A stretch of DNA of 64,000 bases, taken from an uncultured Roseivirgaceae bacterium (lineage in GTDB: Bacteria > Bacteroidota > Bacteroidia > Cytophagales > Cyclobacteriaceae). Below, one piece after another: positions 35,467 to 44,667 of this stretch (positions are counted from its first letter, which is position 1; every line of letters begins with the position of its first letter). The DNA is taken from positions 443 through 64,442 of the forward strand of contig CAZQDI010000002.1 in assembly GCA_964591785.1 (NCBI GenBank). The letters run 5' to 3'. The position numbers and the translations under genes were made by a program. Under the pieces are notes generated by a model. That model did no database searches and was not told the origin of the DNA. It saw nothing but the letters and a program-made list of their open reading frames with translations.

Positions 35467-35961
35467 GTGGAGAAGAAAAAAATCATCAGATCGCAACTGA
35501 TAACGCCTGAAGGGATGGAACAGTTGAAGGAAGAGTTGGATCATTTATGGCGCGTAGAACGACCAGAAACTACTCGAAAAGTGGCCTGGGCAGCAAGCCT
35601 CGGAGATCGCTCAGAAAATGCGGATTACCACTATAATAAACGCCGCCTGCGTGAAATTGATAAACGCTTGTTGTACTTAAGAAGATGCATCGACAATTTC
35701 AAGGTGATCGACTATCATCCCAACAGAGAAGGCAAAGTCACTTTTGGAGCGTGGGTTGAAATCGAAAATGTCGAAAAGAAGCTAAAAAAACGACTGCGCA
35801 TTGTGGGCTACGAAGAATTGATTGGCAATCCTGACCACATCTCTATGGATTCTCCCATTGCCAAAGCACTGTTGGAGAAGAAGGTCGGTGATGAAGCGAT
35901 TGTCGAAACCAAAATTGCCAAATTTACCTGGCGTATTCTAAAGATTGATTACACCAAATAG
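35467..35961 (+). CDS. greB: transcript cleavage factor GreB
   Basis: [61 protein letters not shown] closely parallels E. coli GreB as I remember it ([61 protein letters not shown]). The start is GTG. Confidence 0.9.
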   Translation: [164 protein letters not shown]

Positions 35962-35984
35962 TTGAAAACCCTGCTCGATTCATC

Positions 35985-36872
35985 TCAAGAAGTGGAAGCT
36001 ACCTGCACGCCCAAGCGAATCAACGAATCGACCAGGAATGGATCAGTAGCATAGATGACTCCCTGGTGATTCATGAACGTGGTCGCTGGGTCATTGAGGT
36101 GCAATCGGCCGCCCCTGGCATTAGAAACAAGGAGTCCATGCTCCTCCATCAAGAGCCGGGTTGCCGCATAGTCCCAGATACTTCCACACCCCCTGCTCGA
36201 CTTGGGGAACTTGAAATAGCATCCTACACCGGATGCCATCACTCCCAAGGCATTTCTGACACCTCCAAAGTCAGAATGGACTTTGATGTCAGAATAGATG
36301 GACCGACTCACCAGTTGCTCTAGCTGCAATTGAATCCAAGGATAGTAGGCTTCAGAGAGAAAACTACGATCCATGAAGCAATGCAACGTCTGGTCTACTG
36401 CGCTACTTCTGGTACTGGTTTGGTTGTTCTGCTCTACCCCCGAACCCAGGTATGCCGCGTAGCATTTCTTTGAATCTGGGACATAAACCACCCCGACGAC
36501 CGGATCACCTTCCCTGGATACGAGCGCAATGGAAACGGCATATCCGGTACGATGCTCTGCGTAAGCCAGCGTTCCATCCAATGGATCAATGCACCAGAAA
36601 TATGATTTATGGAGCCTTGAGCGGTTATCTATTGCTTCCTCCGTTAACAGCCCAAAATCAAAACGGGAAGTGGCCTCTTGCAGTTGGTTGAGTATGATTT
36701 CCTGAGCCTTAAAATCCACCTCGGTAACGACTTGGGAAGCAAGTGAGTCTCCCCCTTCCTTGGATTGTTTGATGAAATCAGCATCAAACTGAGATTGAAT
36801 GTATTCACCGGCCGATACAGCCGCGGAACCAGCCAAGTCCTTCAGCAACGATAATTCGACGGTGCTCAGCAT
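35985..36872 (-). CDS. inositol monophosphatase / CysQ-like (3'(2'),5'-bisphosphate nucleotidase) family phosphatase
   Basis: IMPase-fold metal motifs GLLTEE and FWCIDPLDGTLAY. 295 aa, with a 7-nt overlap with the upstream kinase-like gene. Confidence 0.8.
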   Translation of the reverse strand: MLSTVELSLLKDLAGSAAVSAGEYIQSQFDADFIKQSKEGGDSLASQVVTEVDFKAQEIILNQLQEATSRFDFGLLTEEAIDNRSRLHKSYFWCIDPLDGTLAYAEHRTGYAVSIALVSREGDPVVGVVYVPDSKKCYAAYLGSGVEQNNQTSTRSSAVDQTLHCFMDRSFLSEAYYPWIQLQLEQLVSRSIYSDIKVHSDFGGVRNALGVMASGVGCYFKFPKSSRGCGSIWDYAATRLLMEEHGLLVSNARGGRLHLNDPATTFMNHQGVIYATDPFLVDSLIRLGVQVASTS

Positions 36873-37840
36873 TCTGTACTTTTCAGTTCTTTCATGACCT
36901 CACGGGTCTGCCTTTCGCTCACCCCATGCATCTTCCAATGGCCGGGACTCCATCCATCTAAGAATCGATAAAAATCAGCCCAGGCATACTTATACAGACC
37001 TTTCCATTCTTCTTTAAGTAATTGAAAATCAATGCTTTTATCAACAGTTACTTGAAGTTGCTCAAAGTAATAATCCAGCAAAGATCTTTCATGCTCCACA
37101 AGCGCTTTTTCTTCAAAACAACTGCTCATAAAATAGACCACATCTTTCATACCACAACCCTGACCCACATATTGGAAATCAACTGCTGCCACATCTTCGT
37201 TTTGGGCAAAGCAGAAGTTAGCAAGTTTCGCATCTCCATGCACGAAGGTTTGGAATTTAGCAGCATTTAGTCGTCGATCAATGGCTTCAGCAGCAGCTTT
37301 CAAAGGCTGATTTTCCATGCGCTCGTACTCGTCTGGTCTGGTGGCCAAATGCCAATAGGTGCCGACTGACCACAACCCGTCTGCCACTGCCCGTAAAAAA
37401 CGACCATGAAAACCAGCCAGCCAAGTTAAGCAACTCTTTGCCCCGGATAGCGAAATTGAACCAGGATGAAAACGGAGATCATAGCCACTCCCATCCAAAT
37501 CTTCCATCACAAGCACTATTCGTGAAGTTTCATTGATGACTTTCATCACCTTGGGCACACGACAAGAATCATCAGTTCGATGTGCGTAGTGCTGATACCA
37601 CCTGGCTTCTACCTGATAGGACCGGAGTTTCCGTTCATGCGACTGTTGGGTATTCCACCCTCTTGGATGATTCTTTGCCACAGGATATTGAATGTCCTTG
37701 ACAATCACGCTTGGACAATCTCCTCCTTTCAAAAAAACCCGTCGGATTTCTCCATAACCGCTCCACAGCTCTTGCACGACGTGTGAACCAGTAATTTCGG
37801 CGGTGCACAATGCTTCTATTTCCTGAGTCAGTTCCATCAT
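36866..37840 (-). CDS. APH/choline-kinase-fold phosphotransferase (EcKL/DUF1679-like)
   Basis: Brenner-type catalytic loop FVHGDAKLANFCF followed by a metal-binding D (AVDFQYVG). 324 aa. Confidence 0.7.
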   Translation of the reverse strand: MMELTQEIEALCTAEITGSHVVQELWSGYGEIRRVFLKGGDCPSVIVKDIQYPVAKNHPRGWNTQQSHERKLRSYQVEARWYQHYAHRTDDSCRVPKVMKVINETSRIVLVMEDLDGSGYDLRFHPGSISLSGAKSCLTWLAGFHGRFLRAVADGLWSVGTYWHLATRPDEYERMENQPLKAAAEAIDRRLNAAKFQTFVHGDAKLANFCFAQNEDVAAVDFQYVGQGCGMKDVVYFMSSCFEEKALVEHERSLLDYYFEQLQVTVDKSIDFQLLKEEWKGLYKYAWADFYRFLDGWSPGHWKMHGVSERQTREVMKELKSTEC

Positions 37841-37911
37841 TCGGAACCAAACTTACACAGTTCCAAACCACCCACAATATTTAATATATGCAAGCAGACT
37901 GGGAGTCTTCA

Positions 37912-39339
37912 CTAGGTACCGCAAAAGGTTTGATAGCCTGCGTCGAAGTCGGCTGGCACCAGTTGCAAACTTTTACCGTTTTCGTATGGAGAGGACAATT
38001 CGCTAAGCAGGGCATGAAATGGTTGCATCGTACCGGAAACGGCAGCATTTAACACCTCTTCAACCAGGTGATTGCGAGGGATCACCACTGGATTGCTTCG
38101 TTCCATCAACCTCTCACTTTCCGGGATAGAAGACCCTCTTGTGCGCGCCTTATCCCATTTCTTGAGCCATGAACCAAAGCCCTCATCTTGCTTCAGCTGA
38201 CTGATTAGTTCACCACTCTGACGTAATTCGGTAAAGAAGTTGGTGTAATCGACTTGGTTATTGACCATCAGCATCAAACACTCCTGCACTAAGATCCGAT
38301 CGTCACTGATGTGATACATGATGCCTAACTTATTCGTCATCATTTCGAGGTAATCTTTAGAAAAATCAACTGGAAAATGATCCAATACTGCCTGTGCTTT
38401 GGCTTTAGCCACTGTTTCATTCTTGTCGATCAAAGGCAGCAGAGCGTTGGCAAAGACCTGCAAATTCCAATAAGCTAAATCAGGCTGCTTGGCATAGGCA
38501 TAACGACCCTCGGTATCAATGGAACTGAATACCGTTTTGGGATGGTACGCATTCATAAACGCGCAGGGGCCATAGTCGATAGTTTCACCAGAAATACTCA
38601 TATTATCGGTATTCATAACCCCATGGATGAATCCAACCCTTAGCCAATGGATGATCAACGCTTGTTGTTTTTGAAGCACTTTCTCTAATAAAGCCAAGGC
38701 ATGATTTTCATGATCGAATAGTTCGGGGTCGTGGCGCTCAATGGTATAATGTAACAATGCTTCTAAATCACCAGTGGCTCCAAGGTAGCGAGCAAACTCA
38801 AACGTGCCCACACGAATGTGGCTAGCAGCTATTCGTGATAGGATGGCACCCTCATGAACGTGCTCACGATATACCTTGTCTGTAGTCTTAACTACTGCCA
38901 GACTTCGGGTCGTGGGGATATGCAACGCATGCATGGCTTCACTGATCAGGTATTCCCTCAACATAGCGTAGAAGGTGGCCCGACCGTCCCCTCTTCTGGA
39001 ATAGGGAGTCTGACCGGAGCCCTTGAGCTGTAGGTCATACAAGTCTCTTCCCGTTTCAATCTCACCCAGCAGCACCGCACGTCCATCTCCTAATTGATTA
39101 AAATGACCAAACTGGTGACCTGCGTAAGCTTGAGCGATCGGCTTGCTTTCCGCTACAAGCGCGTTACCCGAGAGAAATGCCAAAGCCGATGGAGGATCTA
39201 ACTGATCAGAAACTCCCAATTCATTGGCAAGGTGCTGGTTGAACAGCATCAATTCGGGATTATTGACAGGTTCGGGTGCTTGTGACGAGAACAGTGTCTT
39301 CGGAAGTTTATTCGCGTAGGTTTGTTTTAACCAGGTCAT
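37912..39339 (-). CDS. selO: protein adenylyltransferase SelO (YdiU/UPF0061)
   Basis: Characteristic N-terminal block PIAQAYAGHQFGHFNQLGDGRAVLLGE and later GFIHGVMNTDNMSISGETIDYGPCAFM. 475 aa. Confidence 0.9.
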   Translation of the reverse strand: MTWLKQTYANKLPKTLFSSQAPEPVNNPELMLFNQHLANELGVSDQLDPPSALAFLSGNALVAESKPIAQAYAGHQFGHFNQLGDGRAVLLGEIETGRDLYDLQLKGSGQTPYSRRGDGRATFYAMLREYLISEAMHALHIPTTRSLAVVKTTDKVYREHVHEGAILSRIAASHIRVGTFEFARYLGATGDLEALLHYTIERHDPELFDHENHALALLEKVLQKQQALIIHWLRVGFIHGVMNTDNMSISGETIDYGPCAFMNAYHPKTVFSSIDTEGRYAYAKQPDLAYWNLQVFANALLPLIDKNETVAKAKAQAVLDHFPVDFSKDYLEMMTNKLGIMYHISDDRILVQECLMLMVNNQVDYTNFFTELRQSGELISQLKQDEGFGSWLKKWDKARTRGSSIPESERLMERSNPVVIPRNHLVEEVLNAAVSGTMQPFHALLSELSSPYENGKSLQLVPADFDAGYQTFCGT

Positions 39340-39548
39340 AGAGTTAGAACTATTGCATGACTAACCAAAAGAACCCACGTTTGGTTCTAGCCGATAGCGT
39401 TACTCCAATCGGATTGATTTAATTGGGCAGATCACCTTCGCTTCACCAAAGGGTCAAAACATCCAAAACAGTCCGGTCCCCTCATCGATTCCGCTGAACT
39501 TCATCGTTGGGTCCATGGTTGTTGATACCGATCAAAAAATGAATTCGA

Positions 39549-41852
39549 TTAGTTACCATCACGCTTAAAGATTTTGTATCTCATGGAAAGTTTCAACAAA
39601 CGCGTCTGAAACTTAAAGGTATTCACTAGCTCCGTCTCATTTGTTCTTACTTCCCGTCCAAATACCCTCGAATTAAACACATCGGTTAGCGACAGTGCCA
39701 CGCTACCTCTTTTCTCTAAGAAGGACTTTTGTACACCCAAATTCAGGTAGGTTTGGGCAAGACTCACCGATTGGGCTCCAAACCTTGGGGCTCGATAGTA
39801 TTGTGTCAGATCGATTCTCCACCCTCCACTCAGTTGAATGCGTTCTTTGAATCTCATCTGCCAATTCCACCTTCGATTAAAGAAAACCTCCAGAACATTT
39901 TGTTGAAAATGCGTATGGTAAGCAGACCCACTGGCATCGATGGTCAGGAATTCAAGAATATCCGCCGAAAGGCTCCATTCAAAACCGTCATCGTAACGAA
40001 CTCCAAAATTATCATAGGTCACTAAGAGGCGATCTTCATCCAGAGGTCGGGTTACCTGTTGAATCACCTGCTCCGTACTTCTCCTGAAGGCTTTCAGATT
40101 GATTCCGATATGATCCAAGGTACTGGCAAGGCTCAGCTCATACAACGAGGCGAGCTCCGGAACTAAATAGGGATTACCCGTCTCTAGGTTGAGTGGGTCA
40201 ACATACGATAAGAAAGGACTAATTTCCCAAAAAGAAGGCCGATTAATGCGCCGAGTAAAACTGAAACCAATGCGATGGGCTTTGTTCGCAAACGTATAAC
40301 TACCTTGTAAGCTTGGAAAAAAATTGGTGAATCGCTGATTGAAAACACTATCCGAAGCTTTTTCCAGAGAAGTGGAAAAAAACCATTCATATCTTAACCC
40401 GAGTTCATATTCAAATGGGCTACCCTCGTTTGCCATCAAAGCAAAGCCCGCGTATTTGTCCGTATCAATCTGAAATCGATTGCTCACCGGTTCACTTTCA
40501 AAAAAGTCGAGGGCCTGGTCCATGTTGATCCGGGAAGCATCGGCAACAAATCCAGTCTTTAGCACCAGGTTTTTGTTCAATGGCAAATCCGTTTCGACCT
40601 TAAACTGGTAATACCGTTGACTTTCGGTTTCATCGGTTGACCGTATGGACTGTTCGATTGGGGTGTTCGAAATAGTCGCATTCTTCCGGTTGAAATTGGC
40701 TTGGTTGACCTCATCTTCCCCGCCCATCATTGCTTGAAGGCTCAACATTCCCTGATCTCCAAAGTTTTTCTCAGCGAAAAGCGTGATCGAACCTTCGTGT
40801 TCTATCTCTAGCCAATCATTGAAGAGCTTTACTGAGATCGTATCGTCATTTGCATACTGAAAAATTCCGGTCTGCACCTGATCTGCGCCGTCACGCCATT
40901 TTAGGTAATTGACTTCCAATCCCATTGCAAGGGAAGTATCAGGTTCAAATGAAAGTGTGGCATTGACCTCTCTCGTCAGCCCGTTTCCGTGAGACGAAGT
41001 CAAATTTTCGTACTTCCTTAGATTGCGCTCTGGTGTGGTTCGTAGTTGATCATCTCGATCTCTAAATCGAGACCTACTTTCATTGACTGTCAAGCCAGCA
41101 CTGAAGACCCTGCCGGAAATACCCGTACTAGTGCCTGCTGAAGATCGAAACGGCACAGCCAGACTTCCAAACACATCCAGCTGGGTTGATCTTGTTTTTT
41201 TGTATACCAAATTGATGATCCCAGCTACTCCTTCGGCATCATACTTAGCTGATGGACTGGTGATTAATTCGATCTTTTCAAGAACATCAGCCGAAATAAA
41301 CTGCAAGGACTTGGGATCTCTTTTGGTCTCCTTTCCATTCACATAAATGATCACATTTTCACTACCTCGTACATTCACCAGCCCATTGATCGTGGTAGTC
41401 ACCGAAGGCAGCATTTCCAGCGCATCCACTGCATTGCCTCCTGCATTGGAAAGATCTGAGCCGATGTGCACGGTTGTTTTGCCAAGCTCATTCTCCAGAT
41501 GGCTTCGCTCCACTTGCACTGTCACTTGATCAAGTGCTGTAATTTGCTCACGTAATTGTAATGAACCCAGGTTTAGATCTGCTTGGATCTCTTGCTCCCA
41601 AATCAGATTTTGAAAGCCCAATGCCTGGACCGAGATCAGATATCGATCGGCAGGTAATGCAATTGAAAACCGACCATCGACGTCCGCCATGCCCCCTTTC
41701 TGAACTGTGGGAGTTGCCTTAGACTGAAATGCAATCGTTGCGTACGGAATTGGTTGATTCTTCTGATCCACAATGACACCCTTTATTTCTACCGTTTGTG
41801 CCGTTGCGCCCAGCATCGCATGAAGGAGAAGGATACTAATCAGCATTTTCAT
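39549..41852 (-). CDS. outer-membrane beta-barrel protein, CarboxypepD_reg + TonB-dependent-receptor-like
   Basis: The ATG at 41852 gives signal peptide MKMLISILLLHAMLGATAQ, whereas the ORF-track start at 41876 is TTG. There is an N-terminal CarboxypepD_reg pattern (VEIKGVIVDQKNQPIPYATIAF...DVDGRFSI), a plug-like region, then a long alternating beta pattern ending ...LKLSMRYKIF. Confidence 0.8.
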   Translation of the reverse strand: MKMLISILLLHAMLGATAQTVEIKGVIVDQKNQPIPYATIAFQSKATPTVQKGGMADVDGRFSIALPADRYLISVQALGFQNLIWEQEIQADLNLGSLQLREQITALDQVTVQVERSHLENELGKTTVHIGSDLSNAGGNAVDALEMLPSVTTTINGLVNVRGSENVIIYVNGKETKRDPKSLQFISADVLEKIELITSPSAKYDAEGVAGIINLVYKKTRSTQLDVFGSLAVPFRSSAGTSTGISGRVFSAGLTVNESRSRFRDRDDQLRTTPERNLRKYENLTSSHGNGLTREVNATLSFEPDTSLAMGLEVNYLKWRDGADQVQTGIFQYANDDTISVKLFNDWLEIEHEGSITLFAEKNFGDQGMLSLQAMMGGEDEVNQANFNRKNATISNTPIEQSIRSTDETESQRYYQFKVETDLPLNKNLVLKTGFVADASRINMDQALDFFESEPVSNRFQIDTDKYAGFALMANEGSPFEYELGLRYEWFFSTSLEKASDSVFNQRFTNFFPSLQGSYTFANKAHRIGFSFTRRINRPSFWEISPFLSYVDPLNLETGNPYLVPELASLYELSLASTLDHIGINLKAFRRSTEQVIQQVTRPLDEDRLLVTYDNFGVRYDDGFEWSLSADILEFLTIDASGSAYHTHFQQNVLEVFFNRRWNWQMRFKERIQLSGGWRIDLTQYYRAPRFGAQSVSLAQTYLNLGVQKSFLEKRGSVALSLTDVFNSRVFGREVRTNETELVNTFKFQTRLLKLSMRYKIFKRDGN

Positions 41853-41998
41853 AGGTCCAATTAGCGTGTTTACCAATGGACCTTAAAATAAAATCGGTGT
41901 GTGACCTTCAAAAACAGGTCAACTGTCATTGACACCTTTGAATCGGGCATTTACCGGAAATAATTTGAGATGGTAACCGGTTTCCTTACTTTGTGACA

Positions 41999-42985
41999 AT
42001 GAATACTTTGGTACTGCGATTTCAGCTCATCAACTTGGCGATCATCGTTTTATCCGTTTCCTACGCCATCATTACTGGCGAGCCATTCGAGAACATCGTA
42101 AATCTGATCTGGGTTCTGGTGGTACTTCTCTATGCTATTATTCCGCTACTTTACTATCAAAGAAGGTATTTCAAAGCTTTGATGTCTTTTTTGGGAATTT
42201 TGATTTTCGCTGTTTTTTTAATGGAGATGGTGATTGAGGGTGATGGCCAATGGTCAGAATTGCTGGACCTGTGGACCTGGACCCATGAATTGCCTGGGTT
42301 ATTCTGGCCGACATTGGTGGGAGGTCTGTGCAAGATCACCATCGACCTTACCATAAAGCAAAACCTGATGGTGAAATTAGAGCAAGAACGGCTGGAAAGT
42401 GAAACCAAGCTTTTGCAACAACAACTAAGCCCGCATGTTCTCTTTAACAACCTGAATAACATCTATTCATTCGCGCTTCATAAATCCGAAGCGACGCCAG
42501 AGCTTATTCTCAAGCTCGCGGATACCATGCGCTATATGTTGTATGAGACCAAAGCATCACGCGTTTCTTTAAAAAAGGAGTTAGCACATCTTGACAGTTA
42601 TATTGAGCTTCAACTATTGCAATTGGAAAATCGAGGGGAAGTCGTTTACGAAACCAGGGGAAATGTCGCGCACCAGAAAATTGCCCCAATGATGTTGATC
42701 AGTTTTATCGAAAACTGCTTTAAACATGCCGCAAGTGGTTCTACTGATGACCTGAAAATTGTCATCCAGATCGAAATCAGGGAGGGAAGCATTAATCTGT
42801 TTACTGAAAACTCTTATTCAAGTCAAGATGAAGATGAGCGTTCCTTGCAGGAAGGTGGCATTGGGCTCACCAATGCAAAAAGAAGGCTTGAGTTACTGTA
42901 TCCAAAGCGGCATGAATTGATCGTAAAAGAGCTTAACGATCGATTCATTGTCAACCTCTCCATCCAGATCGACCCAGACCTATGA
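41999..42985 (+). CDS. LytS/YehU-type sensor histidine kinase
   Basis: N-terminal TM helices, then the His_kinase box QQQLSPHVLFNNLNNIYSFAL and an ATPase region (GGIGLTNAKRRLELLY). The ATG is at 41999 (GTG at 41993 in the ORF track). Confidence 0.85.
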   Translation: MNTLVLRFQLINLAIIVLSVSYAIITGEPFENIVNLIWVLVVLLYAIIPLLYYQRRYFKALMSFLGILIFAVFLMEMVIEGDGQWSELLDLWTWTHELPGLFWPTLVGGLCKITIDLTIKQNLMVKLEQERLESETKLLQQQLSPHVLFNNLNNIYSFALHKSEATPELILKLADTMRYMLYETKASRVSLKKELAHLDSYIELQLLQLENRGEVVYETRGNVAHQKIAPMMLISFIENCFKHAASGSTDDLKIVIQIEIREGSINLFTENSYSSQDEDERSLQEGGIGLTNAKRRLELLYPKRHELIVKELNDRFIVNLSIQIDPDL

Positions 42986-43638
42986 GATGCATCATCATCG
43001 AAGATCAATTGCCTGCTCAACGCGTGATAAAAAAGTACTTAAAGGATCTCCCCTCTTTTCAGTTGGTAGCCACTTTTGAAAATGCAATTTCCGCACTGGA
43101 TTTTCTAAGTAAGCATACAGTTGAACTGATATTTTTAGACATCAACCTGCCTAAAATATCGGGGATTAGCTTTCTAAAGAACCTAAGCAACCCACCACAG
43201 GTCATCATTACCAGTGCTTATTCAAAGTATGCGCTAGAAGGTTTCGAGCTGGACGTCGTTGACTATCTTCTGAAGCCTTTTTCGCTTGAGCGGTTCGTGA
43301 GAGCAATTTCCAAAATCCGGCCAAAAGATGATCAGGCACAGTCCATTTTTGTCAAAACGGATAAGGAGTTTCATCAAGTACATCTCAGTGATATTCAATA
43401 CATCAAAGGAGATGATGATTATACAAGGGTGTATGCAAACAAACTTTTTCTCGATACCCGCACGCTCAAAAGCTGGGAACTGGAGTTACCGGAACACTTT
43501 ATCCGTATCCACAAGTCCTACATTATAAACAAGAGTAAGATCATTCGGATTTCGGGTCTTCGTGTATTTATGGATTCCGAGGTAATTCCTATTGGTAGAA
43601 CGTACAAAGATCAAATTCTAAAAATGCTGACTACCTAA
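42982..43638 (+). CDS. LytTR-family response regulator
   Basis: Receiver domain (MRCIIIEDQ...IFLDINLP) plus a LytTR DNA-binding domain (HFIRIHKSYIINKSKI). There is an ATGA overlap with the kinase gene. Confidence 0.9.
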   Translation: MRCIIIEDQLPAQRVIKKYLKDLPSFQLVATFENAISALDFLSKHTVELIFLDINLPKISGISFLKNLSNPPQVIITSAYSKYALEGFELDVVDYLLKPFSLERFVRAISKIRPKDDQAQSIFVKTDKEFHQVHLSDIQYIKGDDDYTRVYANKLFLDTRTLKSWELELPEHFIRIHKSYIINKSKIIRISGLRVFMDSEVIPIGRTYKDQILKMLTT

Positions 43639-43766
43639 TTAGGTCTACCGTTGAATTAATTCTTGCACAGGGCAATTGATCAAACTGTCTCCGGGTCATC
43701 ACGTATAAAGACTCACACTGCAAACTCTCATCTTTGGGACTGTAAAAATCCAGTTTAAGCTGTAGA

Positions 43767-44666
43767 ATGGATCGGAAACTTACGAACATCGAAAAGGATC
43801 AGAATCGAAAAAAATTTCGATATAAAAGAGCTAATTCGCCTGACTCGATCCAAGCAGCTTATCAAACCGTCATCAAATGGGCTTTGCTCGTCCTGTTCCT
43901 ATTCATGCCGTGGTTAGTCAATCATGGAATCAGTAAATTGGGCCAGGAACCAAAAGAGCAAAATGATCGTCAGCGTGGAATGGATTCGGCAGTCCACAAA
44001 GAAGCTATCATCCAAGTCTATGCTGCTAGAACCTGGGGGCCGAAAGGAATATTTGCTGTGCATTCGTGGATTGCGATGAAAAGACTGGGAAGTAAAAAAA
44101 CAGAAGTGAGTCAGGTGATCGGATGGAGACGAGGAATTGAAGGAAATGTAGTTTTTAGAGAAACAGGAGTTCCCATAGACTCCTGGTGGGGCAATGAAGC
44201 CACTCTGCTAGTAGAGTTGCGTGGTGAAGAAGTGGAAGCCATCATCAATAAGGTGGATGCAGCGATCAAAGCATACCCCTGGAGCAGGCACTACAGATTG
44301 TATCCAGGCCCCAATAGCAATACCTTCATTGCTTGGATCGGCTTGCAAGTACCGGAGCTTGGACTAGATCTCCCCTCTACAGCGATCGGGAAAGATTGGC
44401 GTCCCTGGGATCATTCGCTGGGACTTTCGGCGAGCGGCTCTGGCATCCAGGTATCACTCTATGGATTGTTGGGTACTAGCATTGGCTACAAGGAAGGTCT
44501 GGAAGCTAATATCTTGGGTCTCAACTTCGAATTAGACATTTTCGACCTGGCACTGGAAATTCCTCTTTTTGGGCGGTACGAATTTTGGTATTTGCTAGGT
44601 TATTTGGTCAGTTGGCTTTACGTCAAAAAGTGGCTTAAGAGAGCACGACTTCGGAAATCGAACTGA
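43767..44666 (+). CDS. hypothetical membrane-anchored protein (DUF3750-like, from memory)
   Basis: 299 aa with one TM (VIKWALLVLFLFMPWLV), then IQVYAARTWGPKGIFAVHSWIAMK...YRLYPGPNSNTFIAWI. The family assignment is tentative. Confidence 0.55.
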   Translation: MDRKLTNIEKDQNRKKFRYKRANSPDSIQAAYQTVIKWALLVLFLFMPWLVNHGISKLGQEPKEQNDRQRGMDSAVHKEAIIQVYAARTWGPKGIFAVHSWIAMKRLGSKKTEVSQVIGWRRGIEGNVVFRETGVPIDSWWGNEATLLVELRGEEVEAIINKVDAAIKAYPWSRHYRLYPGPNSNTFIAWIGLQVPELGLDLPSTAIGKDWRPWDHSLGLSASGSGIQVSLYGLLGTSIGYKEGLEANILGLNFELDIFDLALEIPLFGRYEFWYLLGYLVSWLYVKKWLKRARLRKSN

Positions 44667-44667
44667 C

